Part shown: positions 47,367 to 57,839 of the stretch, piece after piece | Layout: each line of letters opens with the position of its first letter | Numbering within the stretch: the first letter of the stretch is position 1 | Source: an uncultured Bacteroidia bacterium | GTDB lineage: Bacteria > Bacteroidota > Bacteroidia > NS11-12g > UBA955 | Reading direction: 5' to 3' | Length of the DNA: 64,000 nucleotides | NCBI GenBank assembly: GCA_943788195.1 | Contig: CALSPH010000001.1 | Coordinates: forward strand, 1,187,595-1,251,594 | Made by a program: the position numbers and the translations under genes | Notes under the pieces: generated by a model | The model's input: the letters and a program-made list of their open reading frames with translations, nothing else | Told to the model about the DNA's origin: nothing | Databases searched by the model: none

Positions 47367-48395
47367 TCAACCCAACAGCTCATCCACCGCAATCTTAACT
47401 TCCGCTTCCGTAATCATATCAATACATCGATTATCGGGTTGCACACATTTTTCTTGATCACAGGGATTGCATTCTAGCACATAATGCAGCACTTTTTTAT
47501 TGTTCCCTTTTGGGTAAAAGACCGTTGGAACTCCAGGACCATATAGGGCAATTAAATTCAGATTGCGATAGGTAGCGGCAATTTGCATCGGTCCACTTTC
47601 ATTGCCTAGAAATAAAGTTGCATTCTTGCAGAGGGCAGCAAAACTAAGTAACCCTTCTTTTCCACTAAATATGGTTGTACCCTGCGGGAAATGGCTCAGA
47701 TACTTGGTTAATTCTTTCGTCTCTTCTGGTGCACAAGCCAGCACGGTATTCAATTTGTATTTCTCGCTTAAATAATGGGAGACCGCAGCAAATCGATCCA
47801 TCGGCCATTGCCGCAACTCTTTCCGCGCAAGTACATGCATCACAGCATACGATGGATTGGGTAACCCTTGTGCAAATGCGTTGGCTTCCGCTTCTGCAGC
47901 TTTAGATAAATAGACTTTAGGCGCAATAGGTGGTTTGGCTGGTTTCAATATGGGTGCTATAATCTCATAGTTGGTAACCGTCTCGTGTTTTTGATTGCCC
48001 TTATTCCGATATCGCACTGCTCCACGTCCAAGATAAACTTGCGGGCGATTGGCGCCAATCTTTTTAAAGGTTAAACTCGTACCACGTAATTCTATCACCG
48101 TATCAAACTTCTGCTCTTTGTAATCAACCTTTTTTGGTTCTGTTATGATTTGATCGATAAATGGATTCATGGCTACCAAATTTTTAACAAATGGTTTGCA
48201 CAGCAATGTAATATGGGCTTCTGAATGAGATCCTTTAATGAGCTCAAAAACATGTAAGGCGGCTGCCATATCGCCAATTTCATCCCATTTAATAATCAAT
48301 ATTTTTTGCAAGGGAAGTTCATACAAATTCTCATCTGGATTCAACCATTTCTGGAACTGCATGCTCAAGTAGTAAAGAAGCTTCTCCTTAACCAT
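47367..48395 (-). CDS. Glycosyltransferase family 9 (LPS heptosyltransferase-like)
   Basis: 342 aa. The GT9 C-terminal region CAPEETKELTKYL...LFLGNESGPMQIAA matches the heptosyltransferase nucleotide-sugar binding site. Confidence 0.7.
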   Translation of the reverse strand: MVKEKLLYYLSMQFQKWLNPDENLYELPLQKILIIKWDEIGDMAAALHVFELIKGSHSEAHITLLCKPFVKNLVAMNPFIDQIITEPKKVDYKEQKFDTVIELRGTSLTFKKIGANRPQVYLGRGAVRYRNKGNQKHETVTNYEIIAPILKPAKPPIAPKVYLSKAAEAEANAFAQGLPNPSYAVMHVLARKELRQWPMDRFAAVSHYLSEKYKLNTVLACAPEETKELTKYLSHFPQGTTIFSGKEGLLSFAALCKNATLFLGNESGPMQIAATYRNLNLIALYGPGVPTVFYPKGNNKKVLHYVLECNPCDQEKCVQPDNRCIDMITEAEVKIAVDELLG

Positions 48396-49144
48396 TAATC
48401 GAATATGGGATAAATTTTAATGGAGGCTGGCACTGCATCCGTTTCCATTGCTGCATAATTTATGCTCAGTAGGTATTTACCCGTTTCTATTGAAGGGGGT
48501 ACAAATAGCAATTCAGTAATCGTTTTATTCAGGTGGATTCCTTCTGGATAACCAAAAAACGCTTTATGTCCAGCCAAGGCGCCACCATCTTCTTCTCGGT
48601 CTACACTTGGAAGATCGGTTAATACATGGTTAATGCCTTTTTCATTTAACACGCGTAAGACTTGTTTATCAATATAGCAGGGGTTGGTGCCTGAAAATTG
48701 TTCTGCCTTATGTGTTGTGCCACTGTGAATGATTACCGCATCCAAATCGGTCAGATTTTGCCATGGGTAACTATTCAAATCCACAATAAGGTCACCATTG
48801 GCTAAGTGTTTTGCGTTTGCATGTACCAAATGACAAGTAAGATACGGAGGCATAATGACCTGATCCATATAAATCGATTCCTTGGAAACATGGCCTACGC
48901 ATTCCGTATGTGTTCCATTCCCGTGTGCATTAAAAGTGATGTCTTCGCAATTGCATGCTCCACCTTTTTGCACATCACCAATAAAATCATCTGTGATAAC
49001 TGCCTTGAACTCAGCTTGGTTCAGATAGTATGCATTTGGTGCAGCTTCCTTACTACGGGATATCTGCTGACTCAACGAATGAAAGAGTTCTGAATCAATT
49101 CGGACTGGAGCTTGATTTAAATCTAAAAATACATCAATGTACAC
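48395..49144 (-). CDS. Cyclase family protein (kynurenine formamidase-like fold)
   Basis: 249 aa. HGNGTHTECVGH matches the HxGTHxDxPxH cyclase/arylformamidase metal-binding motif. Confidence 0.6.
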   Translation of the reverse strand: MYIDVFLDLNQAPVRIDSELFHSLSQQISRSKEAAPNAYYLNQAEFKAVITDDFIGDVQKGGACNCEDITFNAHGNGTHTECVGHVSKESIYMDQVIMPPYLTCHLVHANAKHLANGDLIVDLNSYPWQNLTDLDAVIIHSGTTHKAEQFSGTNPCYIDKQVLRVLNEKGINHVLTDLPSVDREEDGGALAGHKAFFGYPEGIHLNKTITELLFVPPSIETGKYLLSINYAAMETDAVPASIKIYPIFD

Positions 49145-49220
49145 CTTACAAACCTATGAAAAAAAAGGCAGTCTGCAATTAATAAAAACGATTAAGAAGC
49201 GTAACTTTGCGACCCAATTT

Positions 49221-50765
49221 ATGTCTCAAACAGAACAAGAATTTAAGAATATCATCGCACACTGTAAAGAGTATGGCTTTGTTTTTCCATCTTCAGAAAT
49301 TTATGATGGACTAAGTGCAGTGTACGATTACGGTCAAACAGGCGTTGCTTTAAAAAACAACCTGAAATCATATTGGTGGAAAAGTATGGTGCAATTGCAT
49401 GAAAATGTAGTGGGCATTGATTCATCTATCTTTATGCACCCGAAAACCTGGAAGGCCAGTGGGCACATCGATGGGTTTAATGACCCAATGATTGATAATA
49501 AAGATTCCAAGAAGAGGTATCGAGCAGATGTTTTGATTGAGGAATTCATTGGCAAAATTGAAGCGAAGATCAACAAAGAGGTAACCAAAGCAGCGAAGCG
49601 TTTTGGGGATACATTTGATAAAGAACAATTTCTTGCTACCAACCCTCGGGCTTTGGACAATCAAAAAAAGATTGCTGATATCAATGCGCGAATGAAGGCC
49701 GGTTTGGATGGTGATTTGGCATTATTGAAAACGTTAATTGAAGATCTAGAAATTGCTTGCCCGGTTTCAGGTTCTAAGAATTGGACTGATGTTAAGCAAT
49801 TCAACTTAATGTATAGCACGCAAATGAATGCCACCAGCGGGGAAGGGGATGATGCGTTGTACCTTCGTCCTGAGACCGCACAAGGGATTTTTGTCAATTA
49901 CCTGAATGTCCAGAAGACAGGAAGGATGAAAATCCCATTTGGAATTGCTCAAATAGGTAAAGCGTTTCGGAATGAAATTGTTGCGCGTCAGTTCATCATT
50001 CGAATGAAAGAGTTTGAACAAATGGAACTGCAATTTTTTGTGCGCCCGGGTACTGAGATGGAGGTGTTCAATTATTGGAAAAAGAATCGATTAGATTGGC
50101 ATAAGAATTTAGGCATCAATCCTGAGAAATATCGGTATCATGATCATGTTAAGTTGGCCCATTATGCCAATGCCGCTGTGGATATTGAATATAAGTACCC
50201 ATTTGGTTTCAAAGAAGTAGAAGGGATTCATTCTAGAACTGATTTTGATTTGAAAGCCCATCAAGAACACAGTGGTAAAAAACTTCAATATTTTGATCCG
50301 GAGTTGAACGAAAGCTATGTTCCTTATGTGGTGGAGACCAGTATTGGGGTAGATCGATTATTCTTGTTGGTGATGAGTGAAGCACTTCAGCAAGAAACTT
50401 TAGAAAGCGGTGATAGCAGAGTAGTATTGCGCTTGAATCCGGCTATTGCACCCTATAAACTGGCAGTATTGCCCTTATTGAAAAAAGATGGATTGCCTGA
50501 AAAAGCCAGAGAAATCTACAATGACCTCAAATTTGATTTTGAGTGTTATTACGAAGAGAAAGATGCGATTGGGAAACGATATCGCAGACAGGATGCCATT
50601 GGTACTCCTTATTGCATCACTATTGATCATGATTCGTTAGAAGATAATCAAGTAACGATTCGAGACCGAGATACCATGGAACAAAAACGCGTTCCTATTT
50701 CAGCCTTATCTACCCTTCTTCATGAGAAGACCGATATGAGTGGTTTGTTGAAACGATTGGGGTAA
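49221..50765 (+). CDS. glyQS: Glycine--tRNA ligase (dimeric class II, GlyQS type)
   Basis: Start taken at MSQTEQEFKNIIAHCKEYGFVFPSSEIYDGL. ORF track begins at 49137 but this would overlap the convergent upstream gene. Class II motifs (FRNE, GIDR) and the anticodon-binding C-domain. Confidence 0.85.
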   Translation: MSQTEQEFKNIIAHCKEYGFVFPSSEIYDGLSAVYDYGQTGVALKNNLKSYWWKSMVQLHENVVGIDSSIFMHPKTWKASGHIDGFNDPMIDNKDSKKRYRADVLIEEFIGKIEAKINKEVTKAAKRFGDTFDKEQFLATNPRALDNQKKIADINARMKAGLDGDLALLKTLIEDLEIACPVSGSKNWTDVKQFNLMYSTQMNATSGEGDDALYLRPETAQGIFVNYLNVQKTGRMKIPFGIAQIGKAFRNEIVARQFIIRMKEFEQMELQFFVRPGTEMEVFNYWKKNRLDWHKNLGINPEKYRYHDHVKLAHYANAAVDIEYKYPFGFKEVEGIHSRTDFDLKAHQEHSGKKLQYFDPELNESYVPYVVETSIGVDRLFLLVMSEALQQETLESGDSRVVLRLNPAIAPYKLAVLPLLKKDGLPEKAREIYNDLKFDFECYYEEKDAIGKRYRRQDAIGTPYCITIDHDSLEDNQVTIRDRDTMEQKRVPISALSTLLHEKTDMSGLLKRLG

Positions 50766-51000
50766 ACGTGCGCAGTATTTGCGAAGGAGGCACGACTGAA
50801 GCAAACCGTTTGTGGTTTAGGTAGATTGCTTCTCCGCCAGCAGGCGGATCGCCATTGTCCTAGCTAAGAGGAAATAAAAAACAATGCAACCCAAACTTTA
50901 ACTTCAAAGCATCCGGTTGTTCAGTCCTCATCAGAGATGATCTGCCGACAGGCAGAGAATACTTGCATCGCTAAAGTATAGGTCACAAAGTTTTAGTCTA

Positions 51001-52101
51001 TTATTCTAAAAATAACGGTTGAAGGCTCGCATCCATTAAAGTCTTCACTTTACTTAACCGAACATGACTCAATTTAGAATCACGACAAGCCGCCAGCGCT
51101 CTAGGGAAGTCGGGTAAAAAGTGAATGTTGGTTTTATCGATATAAAAGTTTTTTTCGCCAAACAATGGGTAATTGTCATAGTCGCATAAACTGCCTCCAT
51201 CATTTTTTAAGGTTTCCTTAACCATACTTCGAATGATTGCTTCATTGGCTTGAATGGCCAGTTTATTCAAACTGTCATTACTGGTTTCTTCATCCGCTAA
51301 ATTAAAGAGTCTACTTAAGGTAATTTGTTCGCCTGTTTTTCGATTGAACGTATAGCCTTGCGTATAAGAGTCAGGATATGCCCCACCGCAAAACCAACTC
51401 ACATAATATTCTAATGAAATGATATGTTGATCAAACCGCTTTACGGTTAAGCGTACTTCATACTCCATACCACAATCAATTGCAGCCACAATTTGTTCCA
51501 GACCGATACTATCACAGAATGCTTCTATCTTTTTTTCGGCCGAATTTGCAGCAATAAAACGGAGGCTAGGAATACTGTTAGCTTTGTTTTTTACAATGGT
51601 TATCTTGTCGAATTTGCCATTCAATACTTCTTTTACATTGGCATCAAATTTTAAGTCAGAAGTGTACGTGTAGAGAAATGGAATTTCCGTTTTAAAGGAT
51701 TTTACCATATTGTTTGAGGCATAATTATGCTTTATTTTAGTGATGTCCAACCAGTTAAAATAGGCTTCTTCTTTCAATCCGTCATTACCCATGAAGGTTC
51801 CATTGAGTTGCCGGTATTGATCTTCAAATTTGAGGTAGAAGCGCGATAAGGTGTCTTCATTATTGGCATCCAAAGAATATAATATGAGGTTGGTTGAGTC
51901 GATATAATTGGCTTCCAACAACACCACATCTCGATTTTCGGCTAAGTAGTATTTTGCATCATAAATTTCTTTGCCCTCTTTAACTAAACTTAAAATGGCA
52001 ATTTTCTTCCCGATGATTCCTTGAAGAATATAATTCTGAGCACTGACGGTGTTCATCAAACTGCTGATAATAAGTAGGGCTATGATTTTTGATATACGCA
52101 T
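51001..52101 (-). CDS. Secreted hypothetical protein with a DUF3298/DUF4163-like (RsiV-type) C-terminal region
   Basis: 366 aa, signal peptide. Y.SWFCGGAYPDSYTQGYTFNRKTGEQITLSRLF resembles the YxGGAHG...TG..L.L..LF core of DUF3298. Low confidence. Confidence 0.4.
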   Translation of the reverse strand: MRISKIIALLIISSLMNTVSAQNYILQGIIGKKIAILSLVKEGKEIYDAKYYLAENRDVVLLEANYIDSTNLILYSLDANNEDTLSRFYLKFEDQYRQLNGTFMGNDGLKEEAYFNWLDITKIKHNYASNNMVKSFKTEIPFLYTYTSDLKFDANVKEVLNGKFDKITIVKNKANSIPSLRFIAANSAEKKIEAFCDSIGLEQIVAAIDCGMEYEVRLTVKRFDQHIISLEYYVSWFCGGAYPDSYTQGYTFNRKTGEQITLSRLFNLADEETSNDSLNKLAIQANEAIIRSMVKETLKNDGGSLCDYDNYPLFGEKNFYIDKTNIHFLPDFPRALAACRDSKLSHVRLSKVKTLMDASLQPLFLE

Positions 52102-52133
52102 TACGCTGCAAAATAAACAAAAATTGTACCGTG

Positions 52134-53147
52134 CTATTGCAAGAGTTGTAAACCTTTTTTCGCAATGCTGTCCGTTGGGTTTATTTCAAGGGCCTTTTGG
52201 TAATCGGCTAGGGCATTTTTTGGTTCATTTAACTGCTCAAAAGCGTAGCCTCTTAGGGTAAGAGCATTGCTATAATCTGGAGCCATATTAATAATATTGT
52301 CCAGTGTTTTTAATGCATTATCGTAATTCTCGAATTTAATATCAATATAGGCCTTACCAAAAGAAGCAAACTTATGACCTGGATTTTCTAACACGGCTTG
52401 TGAATAGGCAGCGTAGGCATCTTTAAATTTGAATTGATTTTGATAAATTCTTCCTTTTGCATAAAGCGCTTCATCACTTTTGGCATTTACCCTTAGTGCG
52501 TTATCGTAAAACTGGAGGGCATTTTTGGGATCTTTATCTACAAATAAGTCGCCCAATTGCATATATGCATTGTAATAGTTGTTGTCCACAGACACTGCTT
52601 TAAAAAACATCTCTTCTGCCTGCCCTTTAAATTTATTTTCTTTATAGGCGATTCCTTTCCAGAAATATGCATGTGCATTATTTATGTCAATTTCAATCAG
52701 TCGATCAAAAGAGGCCAATGCATTCTCGTATTCCTGACGTGCTAAATATAATTGACCCAATTTAAAATGGGCATCCTCAAAGGTAGGCTCAAGTTCAATG
52801 GCTTTCAAGTAGCTCTTTTTTGCCTCTTGTACATCAATGGAATCACTTGCCATGAGATATTCTCCTTTCTTAAAGTTATATACCGCATTTTCTGGTTTAA
52901 GGTCAAGTGCCGAGGAGATATCTACTAAGGCATTGGATAGTTTATTGATTTTTATCCATTCCATTGACCGGAGATAATAGTACTCATCATTCAGGTTGTC
53001 TTCCTCAATTTTTTCAGTCAGTTTAAGTAGTTGTACCGTCAATGTAGTATCCGAAGTATCCACCAACAAAAGTGATTGATTCGTTTGATTGGTGCATTGG
53101 CTAAACGCCATGATAATTGTCGCAAGAATGATTGAGCAGATACGCAT
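52134..53147 (-). CDS. TPR-repeat lipoprotein
   Basis: 337 aa, lipobox MAFSQC. At least 7 canonical TPR units (..YY.LG.....G.Y..A...Y..AL...P). Confidence 0.7.
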   Translation of the reverse strand: MRICSIILATIIMAFSQCTNQTNQSLLLVDTSDTTLTVQLLKLTEKIEEDNLNDEYYYLRSMEWIKINKLSNALVDISSALDLKPENAVYNFKKGEYLMASDSIDVQEAKKSYLKAIELEPTFEDAHFKLGQLYLARQEYENALASFDRLIEIDINNAHAYFWKGIAYKENKFKGQAEEMFFKAVSVDNNYYNAYMQLGDLFVDKDPKNALQFYDNALRVNAKSDEALYAKGRIYQNQFKFKDAYAAYSQAVLENPGHKFASFGKAYIDIKFENYDNALKTLDNIINMAPDYSNALTLRGYAFEQLNEPKNALADYQKALEINPTDSIAKKGLQLLQ

Positions 53148-53197
53148 AGATTAATTGCAAATTACCCTTATTTTTGACCAAAATAAAAGAACATCAT

Positions 53198-54355
53198 ATG
53201 TCATTTTACTATCGGTTAGGAAATATACCCCCCAAACGTCATACACAGTTTAGAAAGCCTGACGGAAATTTATATTCGGAAGAATTATTAAGTACAGAAG
53301 GTTTCAGTAGTATTTATTCATTGATTTATCACTGCCATCCACCCACTTTGGTGAAAGATATAGGAGAGCCTTTCTCTGTTGAACCAGAGATTGCAGTGGC
53401 AAAAAACATGAAATCGAGGAGTCTACTCACCTTTGGGACACCTTCCAATGACGATTATATAAAAAGCCGGATTCCACTTTTGGTAAACAGTGATTTACAT
53501 ATGTTGAGTGCCGCGCCTAGCAAGTCTATGGATGACTACTTTTTCAAAAATGCAGATGCAGATGAGGTAATCTTTGTTCATAAAGGAGAAGGAATCTTGC
53601 ATACCATTTATGGTGAAATTGAATTTATATATGGTGATTATTTAGTGATACCTCGCGGAACCATTTACAAGCTTTCATTTAAAGATTCGGATAATCGATT
53701 GATGATTACGGAATCATTTAGCCCTATTAAAGCACCCAGCAGATATCAAAACAAGCAAGGTCAATTACTGGAGCATTCACCGTATTGTGAACGTGATATA
53801 AAATTACCGAAAAATTTAAAAACCTTTGATGAAGAAGGAGATTTTAAGGTAATGATTAAAAAGCAAGGGTTGGTTTATCCTTATATATATGCTACGCATC
53901 CTTTTGACGCCATTGGTTGGGATGGATGTGTTTACGCATACGGATTTTCTATCCATGATTTTGAACCAATTACTGGCAGAATCCACATGCCACCGCCCAT
54001 TCACCAAACTTTTGAAGGCCATAATTTTGTAATTTGCTCTTTTGTACCGCGTTTGTATGATTATCATCCTGAATCAATACCCGCACCATACAATCACAGT
54101 AATGTGGATAGTGATGAAGTGTTATATTATGTGGATGGCGATTTTATGAGCAGAGCGCATGTTGAGCCTGGAATGATCACATTACACCCGAAAGGGATAC
54201 CGCATGGACCACATCCAGGTACTGCTGAAAAAAGCATAGGAGAGAAGGAAACACTGGAGTTAGCGGTAATGATAGACCCGTTTTATCCATTGCAAATCAC
54301 AAAACAAGCCTTGGCCTTAGAAGATCCAGATTATTACAAATCTTGGGTTCAATAA
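53198..54355 (+). CDS. hmgA: Homogentisate 1,2-dioxygenase
   Basis: N-terminus MSFYYRLGNIPPKRHTQFR. Cupin-type HGD of ~385 aa. The ORF track start at 53174 is a TTG, so the ATG at 53198 is preferred. Confidence 0.7.
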   Translation: MSFYYRLGNIPPKRHTQFRKPDGNLYSEELLSTEGFSSIYSLIYHCHPPTLVKDIGEPFSVEPEIAVAKNMKSRSLLTFGTPSNDDYIKSRIPLLVNSDLHMLSAAPSKSMDDYFFKNADADEVIFVHKGEGILHTIYGEIEFIYGDYLVIPRGTIYKLSFKDSDNRLMITESFSPIKAPSRYQNKQGQLLEHSPYCERDIKLPKNLKTFDEEGDFKVMIKKQGLVYPYIYATHPFDAIGWDGCVYAYGFSIHDFEPITGRIHMPPPIHQTFEGHNFVICSFVPRLYDYHPESIPAPYNHSNVDSDEVLYYVDGDFMSRAHVEPGMITLHPKGIPHGPHPGTAEKSIGEKETLELAVMIDPFYPLQITKQALALEDPDYYKSWVQ

Positions 54356-54432
54356 GTATGTTGATAAGTAGCGCTTTTGTTCAAAAGTCCATGACATAAA
54401 TTTGTATATCAACTATTTAAAAAATAACAATT

Positions 54433-55332
54433 ATGAAAAAACTTTTATTATTAGCTGTTTCTGGAGTATTTGTACTCGGAGTTTCGGCACAAGACAAATT
54501 AACTGCTAAAAATGGGGCAGTAGTATTACCTGAGGCAGGTGATTGGAGTTTATCTTTAAATGCAGCACCAATTACGCGATTTATGGGTAATATGTTTAAC
54601 GGCAATTTGAATAACAATGCCAATCCTTTCAGAGCTGCAAGCACAACAGGTGCAGGTAACTCTTTGTTAATCAGAAAATTCACAACAGATAAGCAGGCCA
54701 TGCGCGCATTCGTTGGTTTTAATTTTAACAGTGCAAAAGGTTCGAATGATGTTGCGGATGACAAACAAACCACCGCGGTAGTTTTCCCAGCATTACCAGA
54801 CATGGTTACAGATGAAACAAAGGTTTCAAACACAAACATAATGTTAGGTGTTGGACAAGAGTGGAGAAAAGGAGAACGTAGATTGCAAGGTTTTTATGGA
54901 GGAGATGTAATGCTTACATTCAGTGGCAACAAAAGAACGAACACATGGGGGAATACCATGTCGGATACTACTATTGCAGCAGCTGGAACAACCATTACTC
55001 CAATGAGTACAACTTGGGCAGGAACTACTGCAACAGGAAGTTCCGCAATGGGTACACGTACCATATCCACAAAAAGTGGAACTACTTTTGGTTTCGGTGT
55101 GAGAGGTTTCATTGGAGCTGATTTCTTTATCCTACCAAAATTCTCAATTGGATTTGAGTATGGATGGGGAATCTCATTAAGTACAACAGGACAAGGAACC
55201 ACAGTAACTGAAACTACAGGGGGTGCACCTAATAAAAGAGCTGAACAAGAAACTACCACAGGTAAAAGATCATCTTTTGGTGTTGCCAACGATATCAACT
55301 CAGGTCAATTTAGACTTTCTGTATTCTTCTAA
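54433..55332 (+). CDS. Outer-membrane beta-barrel protein (porin-like), Thr/Gly-rich loops
   Basis: 299 aa, signal peptide. Alternating amphipathic beta-strands with a C-terminal ...FRLSVFF terminal Phe. Confidence 0.55.
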   Translation: MKKLLLLAVSGVFVLGVSAQDKLTAKNGAVVLPEAGDWSLSLNAAPITRFMGNMFNGNLNNNANPFRAASTTGAGNSLLIRKFTTDKQAMRAFVGFNFNSAKGSNDVADDKQTTAVVFPALPDMVTDETKVSNTNIMLGVGQEWRKGERRLQGFYGGDVMLTFSGNKRTNTWGNTMSDTTIAAAGTTITPMSTTWAGTTATGSSAMGTRTISTKSGTTFGFGVRGFIGADFFILPKFSIGFEYGWGISLSTTGQGTTVTETTGGAPNKRAEQETTTGKRSSFGVANDINSGQFRLSVFF

Positions 55333-55351
55333 AGAAAACATTAATAATGGA

Positions 55352-55387
55352 AAGCCCATCAACCAAAAGGTTGATGGGCTTTTTTTG
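55352..55387 (+). terminator. Rho-independent terminator after the porin-like gene
   Basis: 13-bp stem AAGCCCATCAACC, loop AAAA, stem GGTTGATGGGCTT, followed by T7. Confidence 0.65.
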
Positions 55388-55460
55388 TGCATATTAATGT
55401 GCAGAAAAGGTTGGCAACCTATGGGTTGAGCAAAGGATAAGTCTATGTTTTAATCTAATT

Positions 55461-55955
55461 TTGTTATTACGAATGTCCGAAAAGGTAAATCTAGAGGTAA
55501 AAAAAATTTTTACGGCTTATTTAGAAAAGAATAAGCATCGGAAAACGCCTGAACGCTATGCTATTTTGGATGAAATTTACAGTCACAAAAGCCATTTTGA
55601 TGTGGATGAGCTGTATCTTCAAATGAAAAATAGGAATTATAGAGTGAGCAGAGCAACGGTCTATAATACCCTTGATTTGCTGCTGGATAGCGGTTTGGTT
55701 AAAAAGCATCAGTTTGGACAAAATCTGGCACAATATGAACGCTCATATGGTTTCATGCAGCATGATCACTTGATTTGCTTACATTGTAATGAGGTTAAAG
55801 AGTTTTGTGACCCGCGAATACAGCAAATCAAGGATAAGATGGGAGAAGTGCTTCACTTTAATGTGATGCATCATTCATTGCATTTATATGCCGAACCTAA
55901 TGTGAAAAAGGATGGTTCTTGTGGTAACTGTGGTAAAAAAATAAACGAAAAATAA
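55461..55955 (+). CDS. fur: Fur-family metal-responsive transcriptional regulator
   Basis: 164 aa, winged-helix N-domain. Metal sites [12 protein letters not shown]...CGNCG. It lies immediately upstream of purA, an arrangement that is common in Bacteroidota. Confidence 0.75.
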   Translation: MLLRMSEKVNLEVKKIFTAYLEKNKHRKTPERYAILDEIYSHKSHFDVDELYLQMKNRNYRVSRATVYNTLDLLLDSGLVKKHQFGQNLAQYERSYGFMQHDHLICLHCNEVKEFCDPRIQQIKDKMGEVLHFNVMHHSLHLYAEPNVKKDGSCGNCGKKINEK

Positions 55956-55957
55956 TA

Positions 55958-57239
55958 ATGGTAGATGTAGTACTTGGTTTGCAATGGGGAGATGAAGGAA
56001 AAGGAAAAATAGCGGATTTTTTAACTCCGCACTATGATATTGTGGCGCGTTTTCAAGGAGGGCCGAATGCAGGTCACTCATTGGAGATGAATGGGAAGAA
56101 GCATGTCTTAAATACCATCCCATCAGGAATATTTCACGCCAATTGCATGAATGTAATCGGGAATGGTGTGGTTATTGATCCGGTGCGTTTGCGGGATGAA
56201 ATAACCAGGACAGAGGCGGCTGGTGCGAAGGTGAAGGAGCAATTATTAATTAGTAGAAAAGCAAATCTTATTTTGCCTACGCACAGCTTATTAGATAAAG
56301 CAAAAGAACTGGCAAAAGGAGATAAGAAAATCGGTTCTACATTGCGTGGAATTGGCCCAACCTACCGAGATAAAGTTGGTAGATCAGGTATTCGAGTTGG
56401 AGATATTTCTACTCCAAACTTTAAGCAAAAGTATGAAGCGGTTAAAAAGAATCACATTAGCTTGATTCAGCATTATGCCGATATTGAATTTGATATGGAC
56501 GCCTTGGATACAGAATTTTTTGAGGCAACTGAATTCTTGAAAACATATACCTGGATTGATACGGAATACTATATCAACAAAGCAATTAAAGAAAATAAGA
56601 AAATATTGGCAGAAGGGGCCCAAGGCTCCATGCTTGATGTTGATTTTGGGAGTTATCCCTATGTTACATCTAGTAACACCATAGCGGGTGGAGCATGCAA
56701 TGGACTGGGAATTTCACCACGTGCGATAGGAACTGTACGAGGAATATTCAAAGCATACTGTACTCGAGTGGGTAGCGGCCCATTCCCTACGGAATTGGAT
56801 AATGATTTAGGGCAACGTTTAAGAGACGCGGGTCATGAATATGGTGCGACCACTGGAAGACCTAGAAGAACCGGTTGGCTGGACATGGTTGCCTTAAAAT
56901 ATGCGGTTATGTTGAGTGGGGGTAAATGAATTAATAATGATGAAGTCGGATATTTTGTCTGGCTTTGATTATGTAGAAGTGGCGACTTCATATGATGTAG
57001 ATGGTGAAAATACGGATGAGATACCTTATGATATTTGTGATGCCACGGTTGAGCCTCAATACACACGATTTGCAGGATGGGCAGAAGATATCAGCCAAAT
57101 GAAAGAAACGGATCAGTTGCCTGCTACTTTTATCCAATATGTAGAGGCTTTAGAGCAAATGGTTGGCGTACCTATAAAGATCTTAAGTGTTGGGCCAGAT
57201 CGTGCTCAAACCATCTTTAATGGAGCTTTTGAAGTGTAA
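55958..57239 (+). pseudogene. purA: Adenylosuccinate synthetase, single +1 frame break at a G5 run in this sequence (probably artefactual)
   Basis: N-terminal 323-aa piece with the P-loop VVLGLQWGDEGKGKI. C-terminal 107-aa piece in ORF 56916-57239. Deleting one G from GGGGG (56918-56922) restores ...AVMLSGVNELIMMKSDIL... Confidence 0.85.
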
Positions 57240-57839
57240 ATGAAACGTTTCCTCGTCCTTATACTATTTTTCACCGCTTTATTTGCCTATGGTGATAATG
57301 TGTTTTTTACAATAGGGAATAACCATTCCGCAGTGCCGTTTTCACGTTTTGGTAAATTGCTCTATAAAGATTTTCACACGAGTTATGAGTTGGGCAAGAG
57401 CTTTACACTTAAGGAGAAAAATCAGAAATTCTCCTGGTTTCAAACTGCAAACGTAGGATACTTTAAACATCGTTTTGTTCAGTCAGGCTTTCTTTTATAT
57501 TCTGAAAATGGGTACGAGAAATCCATAACCCCAGCTTTAGGGATCAATACTAAACTAGGTGTGGGATATTATCACATGTTTACGGGTCCCGATATCATCG
57601 AACAAAACAGTCAAGGGGTGTATGAAAAGAAAAATGATTGGGGTAAACCACAGGCCATTTTTACTTTTTCTTTAGGCATAACCCAATCAATTATTCCAGC
57701 AGTAAATACAGCACCTAAAATCAGTTTGGAATATCAAATTCGTATTCAAACACCATTTGTGAAATCGTATGTGCCTTTATTGCCATATAACATATTAAAG
57801 TTAGGCGTAATTTTTCCTTTACATGATCATGATGCGTAG
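57240..57839 (+). CDS. Small secreted/outer-membrane hypothetical protein
   Basis: 199 aa, signal peptide. Beta-rich, aromatic-girdle composition. No catalytic motif recognised. Confidence 0.45.
   Translation: MKRFLVLILFFTALFAYGDNVFFTIGNNHSAVPFSRFGKLLYKDFHTSYELGKSFTLKEKNQKFSWFQTANVGYFKHRFVQSGFLLYSENGYEKSITPALGINTKLGVGYYHMFTGPDIIEQNSQGVYEKKNDWGKPQAIFTFSLGITQSIIPAVNTAPKISLEYQIRIQTPFVKSYVPLLPYNILKLGVIFPLHDHDA

Noticed and set aside
49137-49220. N-terminal extension of glyQS (MYTLQTYEKK...)
   Set aside because: It overlaps the start of the convergent upstream cyclase gene. The conserved GlyRS N-terminus begins at MSQTEQ (49221).
50766-51000. SRP (4.5S) RNA or 6S RNA in the glyQS downstream spacer
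   Set aside because: There is no GGAA-capped helix-8-like apex and no conserved domain-IV internal loop pattern. The pairing is limited to two short hairpins and one imperfect long-range stem.
54417-55298. Two minus-strand ORFs (140 and 134 aa) antisense to the porin-like gene
   Set aside because: The sense strand encodes a signal-peptide beta-barrel protein with a C-terminal Phe. The antisense frames are kept open by the Thr/Gly (ACN/GGN)-rich codon composition.
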